A DNA stretch of 54,011 nucleotides from Callorhinchus milii (Eukaryota). Under the pieces are notes generated by a model that was not told the DNA's origin, ran no database searches, and saw nothing but the letters and a program-made list of their open reading frames with translations. Positions 30,001-40,581 of the stretch are shown piece after piece. Made by a program: the position numbers and the translations under genes. Every line of letters starts with the position of its first letter. Within the stretch, counting starts at the first letter, position 1. The stretch lies in contig NW_024705333.1 of the NCBI RefSeq assembly GCF_018977255.1, positions 1-54,011 on the forward strand. Reading direction: 5' to 3'.

Positions 30001-33000
30001 GTACTCTCCTTGAGCTGTTTCCCGCCGGATCATTTCGATGTGTGTCGAAGTGGTCATCCCGCACCACGGTCGGTAGAAACTGCCTAGAACGGTCATGTTT
30101 GTGATCACTAATACATGGTATCGTTCGCCAGATATATTCCCGGAAACTGGGAACGCTACGTCTGGAGAGAGTCATTGGCGTTCCACCCTTGCTAGTGAGT
30201 GATGCTAATGTACGTGAACTACGTATCCCGAAGGCGTTTCGTTTCTTTTTTAGTCTTCTTTTTGGGTATCATATGTCACAGACATCATTAATGAAGTGAT
30301 TGAGGTCCGTTCGCCGTTGAGGGACTTTGCCATAGGAGACATATAGTGTCCCAAGCAATCGAACTGTAGTGCTTCTCGGCTGGCGTTCGAACAAATTTCG
30401 CTTTGGTCCGGGGCTTTTGTAAGGTCTACATATATACCAAGGGACTTACGTATCGTCACCGACAGGCAAGGCCCTATGACTTTTACAACCTTTTGTGTTC
30501 TACGTCCTCGCCTCAGAATTATTATATTCAAAGTAGCGATGTATGAGGCTATCTTTTCGTGACTGAATCTAATGCGAACTTTTGTTTGCACAACCAGGCC
30601 TTCCCTCAGGATTGGGGATCATTGCTTGACGTAGGTCTATATAAGCACCAACCAATAACAAACACGTCCGACTTATAGTCGGATATCGGGGTCTCGCCGC
30701 CCTGGCTAGTAGAATCGAAGCAGAGCAAGGTATTATAATGGCTAGGCCCTGGCAGTATTGAATCGTCATCAGTGTATAAAATTTCAGTCGAAGTCATGAA
30801 GCTAGCCAGTCTACTGTTGTGATTTTCGTGTGCTTTACGGGGCCTTAGGTGATGTAGTCGATAGTACCTCTGAATCATCGCGCGGACTTAGTTAGCCGGA
30901 CAAGGGAACCCGACTCATACGCTCGCGTTGCGAATATAATTCCAGTGTGTAGCGAAATTAGCATGTGCATCACCCCGCGCGTTTTTTGGGCTAACTTCAT
31001 TAACTCCAATGACATGGTCAAACCACGGCACAGCGGAAGCCAATGCTGTATAATCGGGTTACTCCTCTGCTTTGTACACAAATACGTTAGCGGTGAAAAT
31101 AACTGACATAACCCGTGAAAACCCAAATTAGACAATTGCCTAGGGGCGTTTTAGACTCATAAGGGTGTATCTGGGGGAGTATACGCATGTTGGCGAGATT
31201 ACGCTTCTTTGGGTTTGGCAGACCGGTTCTTTGTCCATGCTACTCCGTTTTCGATAAAGCATATTAAGTGGATATCTGATAGCTTTTACTTAGGAGAGGC
31301 TCACGACTGACCCGTAATCATGTCGTGTTGCCTGCTCCTCTCATGATATCAGAGATTCCTTATGGTAAGGGGGAAGACCGTCCATCACCTATGTCTTCAT
31401 CCGAGACAAAAATTCACTCAAAACAATATGGAAGAAGATCCGCATTTGTTTGGACTTAAGATGTAATAATCAGCCAAATTATCATGGGCTTGTAGGCAGG
31501 ACCCAAAGGGCGAAAAGACGAAACGCCTAAGACAAAGTCGATAATGGAAGAGTAGGAAGGTGCATGATATACGAAACCATATTTAGGCTATCTATACTCT
31601 TGCACTAGAAGTCCCACCACCCAAGAACATCTCCACCGCAAATCGTTGACCCAGTAGATGAGACCCGCCGGCGACAGTCTCACAAACTGAAACCATATCC
31701 AGCGCGGCACTTCGACGTTTACCCAAATCGCTAGACATCCAAACGCATAAAGCGTGTGTAGTTAACTCATCTAACATGTATGTACGGCACTGCTCCCGAC
31801 TCCGCTTGACATACGAATGAGGGTATTCGGTACGATAGAGCACACACCATGCATAAGCGAGTAAAGTATAATAGCACGTCATTCGCTCCCAAATTGAACG
31901 AATCAAATAACGTGCTGGTGCCGCAGGTCTCGGCCAATCGGGTATCTGAATCGCTTACTGCATTAATATAGAGGACTCAGTTAAACCTACTACAGAGCTC
32001 CAGGGCCCCTTCGCGAAATCCGGGTAACCAGATTGTCGGTGGCGGGCTTCTAAGCAACATTTGTATACCGTAAAACGATTATTAATTCGAACCCCCAAAT
32101 TACTACCTGGTATGTTTAGAGAACTTTAATCGCAAGAGCTTCACTAATGATGGCGGGCGACGCGATAAGCTTGGTCGCACAGCTATTGAGCAGCGACACC
32201 CACATTTTGTTGAGTCGTGAAGATAAAGCCGCCACACCAGTAAGATTGTGGACCACGTACTAGTGGCCCGCCCATCCTAATAAGCGCGAACGATCACTCT
32301 TGGATGGCTAGCCATAACGATAGTTACGTCGAATCGTTTCTTCGGTACATTACACGCTTGCTTAGGTCTCGTACGTGGTAAGGGTTGAGGGACGGGCGAG
32401 TAGCGCACCGACGCCTGGTAACTTCGCGAGATCCCTATTTGCTGCGCCGGAGGCAATCACCTAGCTGTATGATGAATAGTTTATTTTCCTTGAAGCTACT
32501 ACCGTGCCGTCACGTGAATCTACGAGAATGTGACTAATCTCAGTTATAGAGATCGGACAATTAATCAATTGCTATAGGAATAGGCCAGCCGCGAGCAATT
32601 TAGGCCACGTCTACCGTGAAGCCTGCTTTACGTATTTCTGTGCTCATGAATCTTCGGTTCTGACCTCTGTACGCTGACTGATTGTCATTCTCAATTGGTA
32701 AAAGACGGTAGTGAGTTTGACACCAGTAGTCAATGCCCTTCTAAGCGAACATACGCACGCCTGGAGTCCTTCACGCTCAGCGAAATTAGCCATCTCTTTG
32801 AACGGACGACCCCCTCGCTACGCGAAACGGCACCGGTAATGGAACGGATGATTAAATTCCTAAGGCATTCCGGCTCGCACTAGATGCCGAACTGTGAAAG
32901 AAATTCCCCACGAAGGATAGCTTCTAGGATGAATTCACTAGAAGCGTCAGGTGGGCCTGGAGATCCCTACTTCCTAGACACAAATACAGATGCACAACAC

Positions 33001-35950
33001 GCTCACTTTAACCAACCATGAAGGTACACAGACCTAAGGAGAACGGGCGATGTGCCTTATCGACCAGCGGAATGCAACTCACCTAATTTGAAACTGCGGT
33101 GCTAAATTACCTAGACTATGTGTTCTTACCAATGACGATCAGAACCGATTGAGTATGTTGATCGAAGGAAGGGTCTGGATACTACACTAAATTTCAAGTA
33201 GGTCGAGAAATACTATTTGTACTTAGTTCCAAGGCATTAAATATTGTGTCTTAGAAGTCCCTCGGGATTGTGGGGTACAGGATCGTGGCAACCACATACA
33301 GAACGCGGTAAGGCCTTTAGTCAGCCAGGAGGCAAATCCGTTTTAGCTGAGTTCGGGTAACCGAAAGGATGCGACATGCATGAGACCCCAGCTATATTGG
33401 TTTACTGTCATGAGTCAAGTTAGGCGATGTCGGGAATCCTGAGGGCGTCCTTACTGTTGATGAGAGCACGCTGTAATCCCACAGGGCCGCCAACCGATCT
33501 AAAAGTACCACTCTTGACAATAACAGCGACGCCATTCGGGCGTTTCGGCGGTTAAGTAAGCTGAGGTCATTTGGCTCTCAAGTGTGCCGCCAGCGTGAGC
33601 GCCGTACCTGATCCAGCTATGGAACCGCGGGGAGTATTGCTTGGCCCTGTGCGTCGGATTATATTAGGACTCGACAGGAGTTAGCCCCCGTATACACTAC
33701 GATCTTTCGCTCCTCGGATCCCGTCTTGCTGATTTTCGCTACCGTCTACCGCGTGTGCCTACAGACACTTTGCAGTCAAGGGTTAATAACCCCCCCATCT
33801 AACAACAAAAAGGTGCCGAGTCTCACGTGCCGAATAGAGCTATTCAGCAACGTTTCCACCGTGAAACAGAGGTAAAGGGCCTCCCAAAAGTGCGCATGCT
33901 TCGGTACTTAACAAACGGGGCGAGTGCAGCGTGAACTCTCACCTCTACTCCGCCAAAAGCCGGCCCGAGTGGGAACTCGATAGCATCGCACGGGCAGGGG
34001 TCAACAGGATGAGGTTCGTCATCACTCCATCTCCGTCAAGCCGGATCTCGTCTGCGGAACGGGGTTAACCTACATCTATCTATACGTCTAACTTACAGGA
34101 TTGTAATTTAGCGGATACAAGTGTACTGTCAAGCCACGACTTATCTCTCCGCCTTAGTCAGAACTCCCATACTCTGGCCTGAAAGTGTCCAGGCCCTCTA
34201 CGCCTGGTGGATATGCAGGGTTGTTGTTGACCGCCCGGCTTACATTAAGGAGCATATAGAGTCAACCGGTTTAAACTAGAATTACTCGTCAAGGGACTAC
34301 ACTCAAAAACTGTCAGCATTAACTAAAAAATCAAAAATTACGTTAGTCACAGTGGGCCGCCATCAACGTGAACTATACAGCCAAGAGGCGGGTACAAGAT
34401 TTGAGAGTGGAACCAAGGGCGGGAAGCGAAAGCTGGCGCTGGAATTATACTCTTTGCATGTCTCATAGCTCTTCGTCGGGGGCTACAGACAAACGACTGT
34501 GGGGGTGCGCAGGTTGATGCTCCGGCAGGATTAATTAACGATTAGTAGCACGTCTTCTGTTCGTTAAGAGACTCCCTCCACTCCCTGTACTAGAGTAACG
34601 ACGAGGATAGAATTGCCTAAGAAACTCCACGTGACAATGCCAGGCTACCTCGCGGTAGTCGCGTGTCCGACCGATTTAAGTTTGTCGAGAGAATATCAGC
34701 GCGTACTGAGAGAACACCATACGGCGAAACATTCTGAATCGATTAACGTGGAACGACTACGTAGTTGTGCAGCTACCCGCAGCTGGTATGAAAAGGTACA
34801 CCGCTAGAAGTAAGCAGGATCTGCTGACCGGCCCATAATTGTCTATGCCGACGCTTGTGATAGAGTGGCGCTGCAGAACATATGTGACATAGCCATGGCG
34901 TACTAGTGTCGGCTTAGGGGGCGCCGTCTCCCCCGTAATGCGTTCCACAAGCGCAAAGTTTAGTGACAGGACTGAGGTGAAGCATGGGATATCTAGGAGG
35001 GTCCCAAAACGGGGATCCTGTTCGATGCGTCAGTTGCCTATACCAAGGGGGGTCTGAACGCAGAGCATATTGGACCGGTGCGCTAAAACTTCCGAGACTT
35101 ACTCGTAACAGCAAAGAACGACTACCACATGGAGGACCTCACGGTCGCTTCTCGTGAAATGCCATAAGTACAACTAGGTAACAAAAGCGCGATCTTACAA
35201 AGAACCTACTCAAAGCTCTCCGCAAACCTGATAGTGAAAGGTATAACAGCAATGCATTCGCGCGGTGGCCTAGATGGCTAACATTTGGTTAAGATGCCCC
35301 AAGGTTCAAGCCAATCGAGTAGGGATTAGGTGCATATAGACGAAGCCGGGGTTCGTGGCGGACGCGAGAAACGCACACGAGCTGTAGCCCTATGAAACGA
35401 GTTACTTGACTTCCTCGAACGGGATTGATTGGGACTATGCGCACCTTGTGCTGATAAGGCCGAACTACTTTGCGCCCTTTCGGTCCTACTCTGCCCAAAT
35501 ATCCGTCATGGTTCCAACCTAGCCCGGGTGGATAACCACTCGCTTGCCCACCTACGATCATACTCATCCAAGGTACAGACGTTTTGAACGACCCTACGGA
35601 TCCGGTAGGAGCCCGGACCTCCTCAATGCATTCCTGAACAGATTATGGCTGTGTTTGGGGCAAGTGGCAAAAGGTTTGAGCGAGCCTCACTGCCGTGATG
35701 TGAGATTTACGAAAGTGCTACTAACGATGTGGCGCAAAATCGCGTCGATAGTTCCGTGATGCGTACCCGTACCAAATCACGCCCGCTATCAAAAATGAGC
35801 TGCCATCGTGAGGACTCCCGCTTGTGCGATCTGGGTAGGAGAAAGAGACCCAACACGCCTCGGGGATGCTCGTGTTGGGTGTTAAGAGGCAACCGTAATA
35901 ATTTATCGAAGCGGTGGTACGCCCGATCGCAGGTAAGACCACATGCTGTG
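1..35950. other. Random-like sequence with no supportable features (likely synthetic/shuffled); right boundary approximate (about +/-60 bp)
   Basis: By eye: even base composition, frequent CpG, no long A/T runs or microsatellites. The longest ORFs (199 aa at 16236, 193 aa at 24841) have no domain-like motifs. Abrupt change to AT-rich, repeat-laden DNA near 36.0 kb. Confidence 0.8.
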
Positions 35951-36117
35951 AGCGACATTGAGCCATGCTGGATTATCATAGAAATATTAGTAGTAGTCGT
36001 AATGTCTCTTGCTGAAAGATCACTTTGTTTTATCCAGGCAGCAGATTTCTCCATGAAACACTGGAATATGATTAAAGTACAAACATGCAAAAGTCCAGTT
36101 CAACAAGCATGGACAAT

Positions 36118-36329
36118 GATTTAAAGCTTTCGTGACTGCAGGGATTCATCTTCTTGGTTCTTTCGGTAAAGTCACGTAGAAGGGAAGTAATAAAATAATA
36201 AAAATAAAACATAATAAAATAAAATATTATTTTATTTTATTATGTTTTATTTGTATTTTATTTTATTATGTTTTATTTTTATTATTTTATTACTTCCCTT
36301 CTACGTGACTTTACCGAAAGAACCAAGAA
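36118..36329 (-). mobile_element. PLE-derived fold-back element copy 1 (truncated before the hammerhead; tail on left)
   Basis: 76-bp inverted arms 36151-36226 / 36254-36329; 33-nt tail 36118-36150 (GATTTAAAGCTTTCGTGACTGCAGGGATTCATC). Imperfect TSD CATG-GACAAT (36108-36117) / CATGTGACAAT (36330-36340). Arms near-identical to copies 2 and 6. Confidence 0.85.
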
Positions 36330-36479
36330 CATGTGACAATGGTCATCTCTGTTGACAGCAACAAGCCAATCTTGACATTTTACCATGAATATGATAAGGG
36401 CTATACATAGCATTGCTTTTTTGTTTAGCAGATGATTAACTAGATACATATTTTTGCATTCAAAAACATTTCCTATTTT

Positions 36480-36683
36480 TCTTCTTGGTTCTTTCGGTAA
36501 AGTCACGTAGAAGGGAAGTAATAAAATAATAAAAATAAAACATAATAAAATAAATATTATTTTATTAATATTATTTTATTTTATTATGTTTTATTTTTAT
36601 TATTTTATTACTTCCCTTCTACGTGACTTTACCGAAAGAACCAAGAAGATGAATCCCTGCAGTCACGAAAGCTTTAAATCGAA
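36480..36683 (+). mobile_element. PLE-derived fold-back element copy 2 (truncated before the hammerhead; tail on right)
   Basis: 75-bp inverted arms 36480-36554 / 36575-36649; 34-nt tail 36650-36683. Perfect 12-bp TSD ATTTCCTATTTT (36468-36479, 36684-36695). Confidence 0.9.
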
Positions 36684-36805
36684 ATTTCCTATTTTGTTAA
36701 CATATAAAGAATATGTCTTGTGTCAATACACTGACTGCATTTTCATATTAGCATATAGTGAAGTCAAGCTTTAGCAAGACGTGTATTTGGTTGGGAGTGA
36801 ACACA

Positions 36806-37106
36806 AAATACAATATCCCCCGTATAGCCTTAACAGACTGTTGGGGCAAGTGCTGTTAACGAGCACTTATGAAGGCCAGAATGGTACACGAGGGGGTGGG
36901 TGGCCAGCACCACGCCCGACCGCCTTTGTCTCCCTAGTAGCGATGTTTACACACCACACCAGGTACTCATTTGAGGCTGAATTTACCAAGGGAGGGCCCA
37001 GAACCGGTTCAAATAATCGTCACAGGTGTTGGCCGTGAGCGGGAATTGAACTCAGGTGGCCAGGTTCGTAGCGCAGCGCGCTAACCAATACCCTTACCTC
37101 TCCCTA
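36806..37106 (-). mobile_element. tRNA-derived SINE, family A, apparently full length
   Basis: The minus strand starts GGGAGAGGTAAGGGTATTGGTTAGCGCGCTGCGCTACGAACCTGGCCACCTGAGTTCAATTCCCG (A-box-like, B box GAGTTCAATTCC). Internal CAGCCTCAAATGAGTACCTGG. 15-bp TSD TTGG(G/C)AGTGAACACA with one mismatch (36791-36805, 37107-37121). Confidence 0.75.
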
Positions 37107-37240
37107 TTGGCAGTGAACACAGTGCACATTCACACAGCAGCTGCACTAAAGCCTTGGCTTCACTATGCACTCGACTTTAAAATATTCCATTCACTTGATA
37201 TAATAAGGACTGTATAATCTTTCGCAAGAATTTTTGCGGT

Positions 37241-37296
37241 ACTGCTAAGTTAACATAACATAACTGCTAAGTTAACATAACTGCTAAGTTAACATA
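37241..37296. repeat. Tandem repeat, 3 x 17-bp ACTGCTAAGTTAACATA (extra ACATA after the first unit)
   Basis: Directly visible. Confidence 0.9.
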
Positions 37297-37944
37297 TGAT
37301 TCAATGAGAAATGTCTGTCCAAAAAACTAGAGTTCTTTCACCCAAATAATTAGCTTCTTTTAGCATTTTTTCTTTTGTGGAAAAAAACACACGCCCCTGT
37401 GCCTCACCATACTCTCCAGATGAGGCCACAGATGACTCTATTCTGTTCCTTCATTGTAAAGGCGCTGATAAAAGGACGTGGTATCAGCAATGCAGAAGAA
37501 GAATCGAAAGTGGCAGCAGTCGCGTCATTAAGAGAGCCTTCAAAGGGAAGGTCTGTGACGGTGCTACCGGCAGCTGCAATGACAGATCAGTTCAGCGCAG
37601 CCGAGCAGGAAGACATTGGGATAAATGTGTGGAATTGCTCGATGCTCAAGTACATCAAATGCAAGAAAATCTTCGTAGTGATTGTGACATGGAGTGGCGC
37701 GGTCACCAGAGACAGGACGAGCAATTTTGAGGCTCATTGGGCCCACGTGATAAGTGACATCAGTCCCATGAAAGTGTGCCGTCAATATGAACATGAACAT
37801 TTTCTTTTCGATTTTTATAACTATATTGCCACGATGCTCCAATCGTTCACCTCTCCATGCTTTTTTGTGCACTTCTAAGCTTTTGTTCCTGTTATGTTCG
37901 TCCTTTTCTGATCCATATGTTGTAGCTAATGTACATGATTACAC

Positions 37945-38163
37945 TCTCTTTGGGTCTTTGGTAAAGTCACGTAGATGGAAAAATTATTTTTATAAATCAC
38001 GACGTTTCGATCGCAACAACAAGCAATCGTCTTATTTCATCTGAAGACAATTGCTTGTAGTTGCGATCAAAACGTCGTGATTTTCTCTCTCTATCTACGT
38101 AACTTTACCAAAATACTCAAAGGGTATGAATTCCTGCAATCACGAAAGCTTTAAGTCAAGATT
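37945..38163 (+). mobile_element. PLE-derived fold-back element copy 3 (divergent subfamily, older)
   Basis: Diverged inverted arms (GGTAAAGTCACGTAGA ... TCTACGTAACTTTACC; TCACGACGTTTCGATCGCAAC ... GTTGCGATCAAAACGTCGTGA); tail ATGAATTCCTGCAATCACGAAAGCTTTAAGTCAAGATT. Perfect 13-bp TSD TACATGATTACAC (37932-37944, 38164-38176). Confidence 0.85.
38037..38080 (+). ncRNA. Degenerate minimal type I hammerhead ribozyme (GAAA mutated to AAAA; probably inactive)
   Basis: TCAT-CTGAAGA-C-AATTGC-TTGTAGTT-GCGATC-AAAA-CGTC-GTGA. The opposite arm (37997-38033, minus) retains GATTGC..GCGATC-GAAACGTC but lacks CTG. Confidence 0.65.
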
Positions 38164-38404
38164 TACATGATTACACGCTTTCTACTTATTGTGTTAACGT
38201 TTCCAAAAGCACTCCAAATTGCTCTCCTCCAGCTTTTAATTTCAGAATCTTGATCCTGGGCCACCTTTATTAAATATCCTCGATAGACATAATCCGATGT
38301 TGTGTTTCTTTTGCGAGTTGAGTTCCTCCACCATATATCTTCAAGTGCTTAGCAAACGTGTAAACAGAAAGAGGACCACATTGATACAGTGCCAAGGCGT
38401 GAAT

Positions 38405-38680
38405 GTTTAAAGTAGCGTATAACATCTGCCACGGCATATGAGATCAGACACATGGACATCAATGGAGAAAACTTAAATAAAATTGTGCAAAGAAAGTACG
38501 AATAGGTGCATGCTAAGAATTACTCTGAGAGACAGAAAAAGGAGCGTGTGGATTGGAAAACATACACAAGTGAGAGATATGATATTGATTGTTAAAACAA
38601 CCTAAGTGGGCTTGGCAGGACACTCGGTGAGAAGGGACAATGAGCGGTGGTCGAGACTAACAGCAGAATGGCAACATCAC
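38405..38680 (+). mobile_element. Decayed RTE-clade LINE fragment, region C-terminal to the RT core
   Basis: Frameshifted translation SDTWT...RCMLRITLRDRKRSVWIGKHTQVRDMILIVK..KWAWAGHSVRRDNERWSRLTAEWQ resembles the RTE pattern YGSETW...MLGITLRDRKRNEWIR...KWRWAGHVAR...RW...EW. Confidence 0.8.
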
Positions 38681-39590
38681 ACGCCATGCTAGGACCGCTA
38701 AGCCCTTATTATTCGATAGACTTATGCCGTTTAATTAATGTCGTACCCAGGCTGACATATTTGCAATATACAATGAAATTTTGCAACATTCAATCAATTA
38801 ATTATCAAGGAAAGGCATGCAACGCAGTGGAAAACAATAATTTGTACACTCGCCGTGCCCTTTTGTCTCTAAGGGTCCCCAATGGTAGTCTCCCAGCCCC
38901 AAGGGGGCTTCTGCGCAAGCACCGGTGGTCACCATGCGAGAACATTTAAGCCCACGCTGCTGCACTTCTCAAGCGCCATCTCCCAGAGAGGGCCCTCATT
39001 AATAATTCAGACACACCTCCTACCATGCGGCACGTGGCAAATTAAATTCGAAAACGACGATTCTTCTCAAGTGATTCTCACGTGTGGCTAGATTCAGACT
39101 CCATCAATGTCGTTACGTAGATGGATGCGGTATGGAAATTTATATAAGTCGCTTTAATTACTGACTACGTAATCAACTGTGGTTATGTCGTAGCAAAGGT
39201 TAAAGCAAGCGAATACATATATCCCTCTATATATACCTGGCTGCATCTTTCGAACCAATCTTGGAAAAAATATTGAAAGATGGTTCATCAACAAATGTAA
39301 TTGATTTTTAAAGGTCAAATGTCAGAGGTCAAGTTGTAATTTGTCTCGAATCTACAATTTATGTTGATTTGTCCATGACCATTACATATTTTAACACTTC
39401 CACGAATCTAAATTCAATCATAATTCAAAACTACATTTATTTATGCTGCATTGCTTTGTAGGTGACAATGTCAAAGATCAACTTAACAATCAATGGTGTC
39501 AGTGGCTATTTTGAAATATGGTTAACTGGATTTAAATTCTGTCAAATCATTTTATATGTATTGTAGATAGTAGGTTATATATATAGCTAA

Positions 39591-39840
39591 GAGGTAGTGC
39601 AGTAATGCAATTGTGAGCTCACTCACTGCGTTATGAACCAAGAACCCTGAGTTCCCAGCGACAGCTAACATGAGTGCTGAGTGATACCTGAACCGGTCTT
39701 GGCCCACCAATTGTCATCAACCCACGCTCATCGGTGTGCTAGAGTATACACAAAACAACCCTGTTACTGAAAGACATGGGAGGCATTCATTGAGCAGTGG
39801 ATAAACAAAGTGCCCCAAATAATATTATCGGTAAAGATGC
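39591..39840 (+). mobile_element. Degenerate copy of SINE family A
   Basis: CTGCGTTATGAACCAAGAACCCTGAGTTC...TGAACCGGTCTTGGCCC...GGCATTCAT...TGCCCCAA is colinear with the reverse complement of 36806-37106. Ends approximate. Confidence 0.55.
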
Positions 39841-39914
39841 ATTCATTACCTGTCAATAGTACTCGCGCTAATATAAACAGAGCTATACTCTCTTTGGTGG
39901 AGCATTGAGCAACC

Positions 39915-40137
39915 TTTCGATTTAAAGCTTTCGTGACTGCAGGGATTCATATTCTTGGTTCTTTCGGTAAAGTCACAACACAAGCAGCCGTCCTCAGGTG
40001 AAGGTCTTTCCAACAGCTCTGTTCTTCACCTGAGGACGGCTGCTTGCGTTGTGGCCGAAGCGTCGTGAGAATTTTTATATGTTTCTTTTATATTTTATTA
40101 TTTTTAGTCTACGTGACTTTACCGAAAGAACCAATAA
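39915..40137 (-). mobile_element. PLE-derived fold-back element copy 4 (tail on left; left arm internally deleted)
   Basis: 37-nt tail 39915-39951. The left arm jumps from AAAGTCAC to AACACAAGCAGCCGTCCTCAGGTGAAG; the right arm is complete with an HHR. Perfect 12-bp TSD CATTGAGCAACC (39903-39914, 40138-40149). Confidence 0.88.
40022..40071 (+). ncRNA. Minimal type I hammerhead ribozyme with a core variant (GAAG instead of GAAA)
   Basis: TTCTTCAC-CTGAGGA-C-GGCTGC-TTGCGTT-GTGGCC-GAAG-CGTC-GTGAGAA. Confidence 0.7.
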
Positions 40138-40300
40138 CATTGAGCAACCCATTCACTGCTGTGGGTTGAAAGAGGTAGGTAACCTTGTTTTAATACAGCT
40201 GCAGTATGAACGTATTTAGTGTAACCGTTTGACTGGTCGGTAACCAAAGACAGCTGTGGATAGAAATAACATTCTCAAAACTCCCGCACGGTGTGGGAAT

Positions 40301-40581
40301 CATCTTCTTGGTTCTTTCGGTAAAGTCACGTAGAATGGAAATAATAAAATAATAAAATAAAACCTAAAATAATTCTCACGACATTTCGGCCACAACGCAA
40401 GACGCTGTCTCCCCGACAGACCTGGTCTCCACCTGAGGACGGCTACTTGCGTTGTGGCCGAAACGTCGTGAGAATTATTTTATAATGTATTATTTTATTA
40501 TTTTATTATTTCCATTCTACGTGATTTTACCGAAAGAACCAAGAAGATGAATCCCTGCAGTCACGAAAGCTTTAAATCGAA
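40301..40581 (+). mobile_element. PLE-derived fold-back element copy 5 (tail on right)
   Basis: Inverted arms starting CATCTTCTTGG (40301) and ending CCAAGAAGATG (40549); tail 40550-40581. Perfect 13-bp TSD ACGGTGTGGGAAT (40288-40300, 40582-40594). Confidence 0.9.
40426..40473 (+). ncRNA. Minimal type I hammerhead ribozyme, intact core
   Basis: TCTCCAC-CTGAGGA(40433-39)-C-GGCTAC-TTGCGTT-GTGGCC-GAAA(40460-63)-CGTC^GTGAGA. Helix II 6 bp, helix I with one bulge, palindromic ACGT replacing helix III. Predicted cleavage after C40467. Confidence 0.82.

Noticed and set aside
37030..37104. tRNA gene
   Set aside because: No complete cloverleaf; continues into a SINE body with a TSD.
37375..37878. 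Three overlapping ORFs (167, 117, 102 aa) in a GC-richer patch; RHWDKCVELL faintly resembles a mariner transposase C-terminus
   Set aside because: No further motif support and no convincing splice sites or terminal inverted repeats. It could be an unrecognised exon or TE; BLASTX is needed.
39300..39345. AAGGTCAAATGTCAGAGGTCAAG (nuclear-receptor half-site-like cluster or remnant of a non-autonomous element)
   Set aside because: Too short and degenerate; no second copy or defined ends in the window.
36118..40581. CRISPR array or satellite interpretation of the recurring repeats
   Set aside because: Copies are dispersed, inverted, irregularly spaced and have individual TSDs; eukaryotic context and no cas genes.
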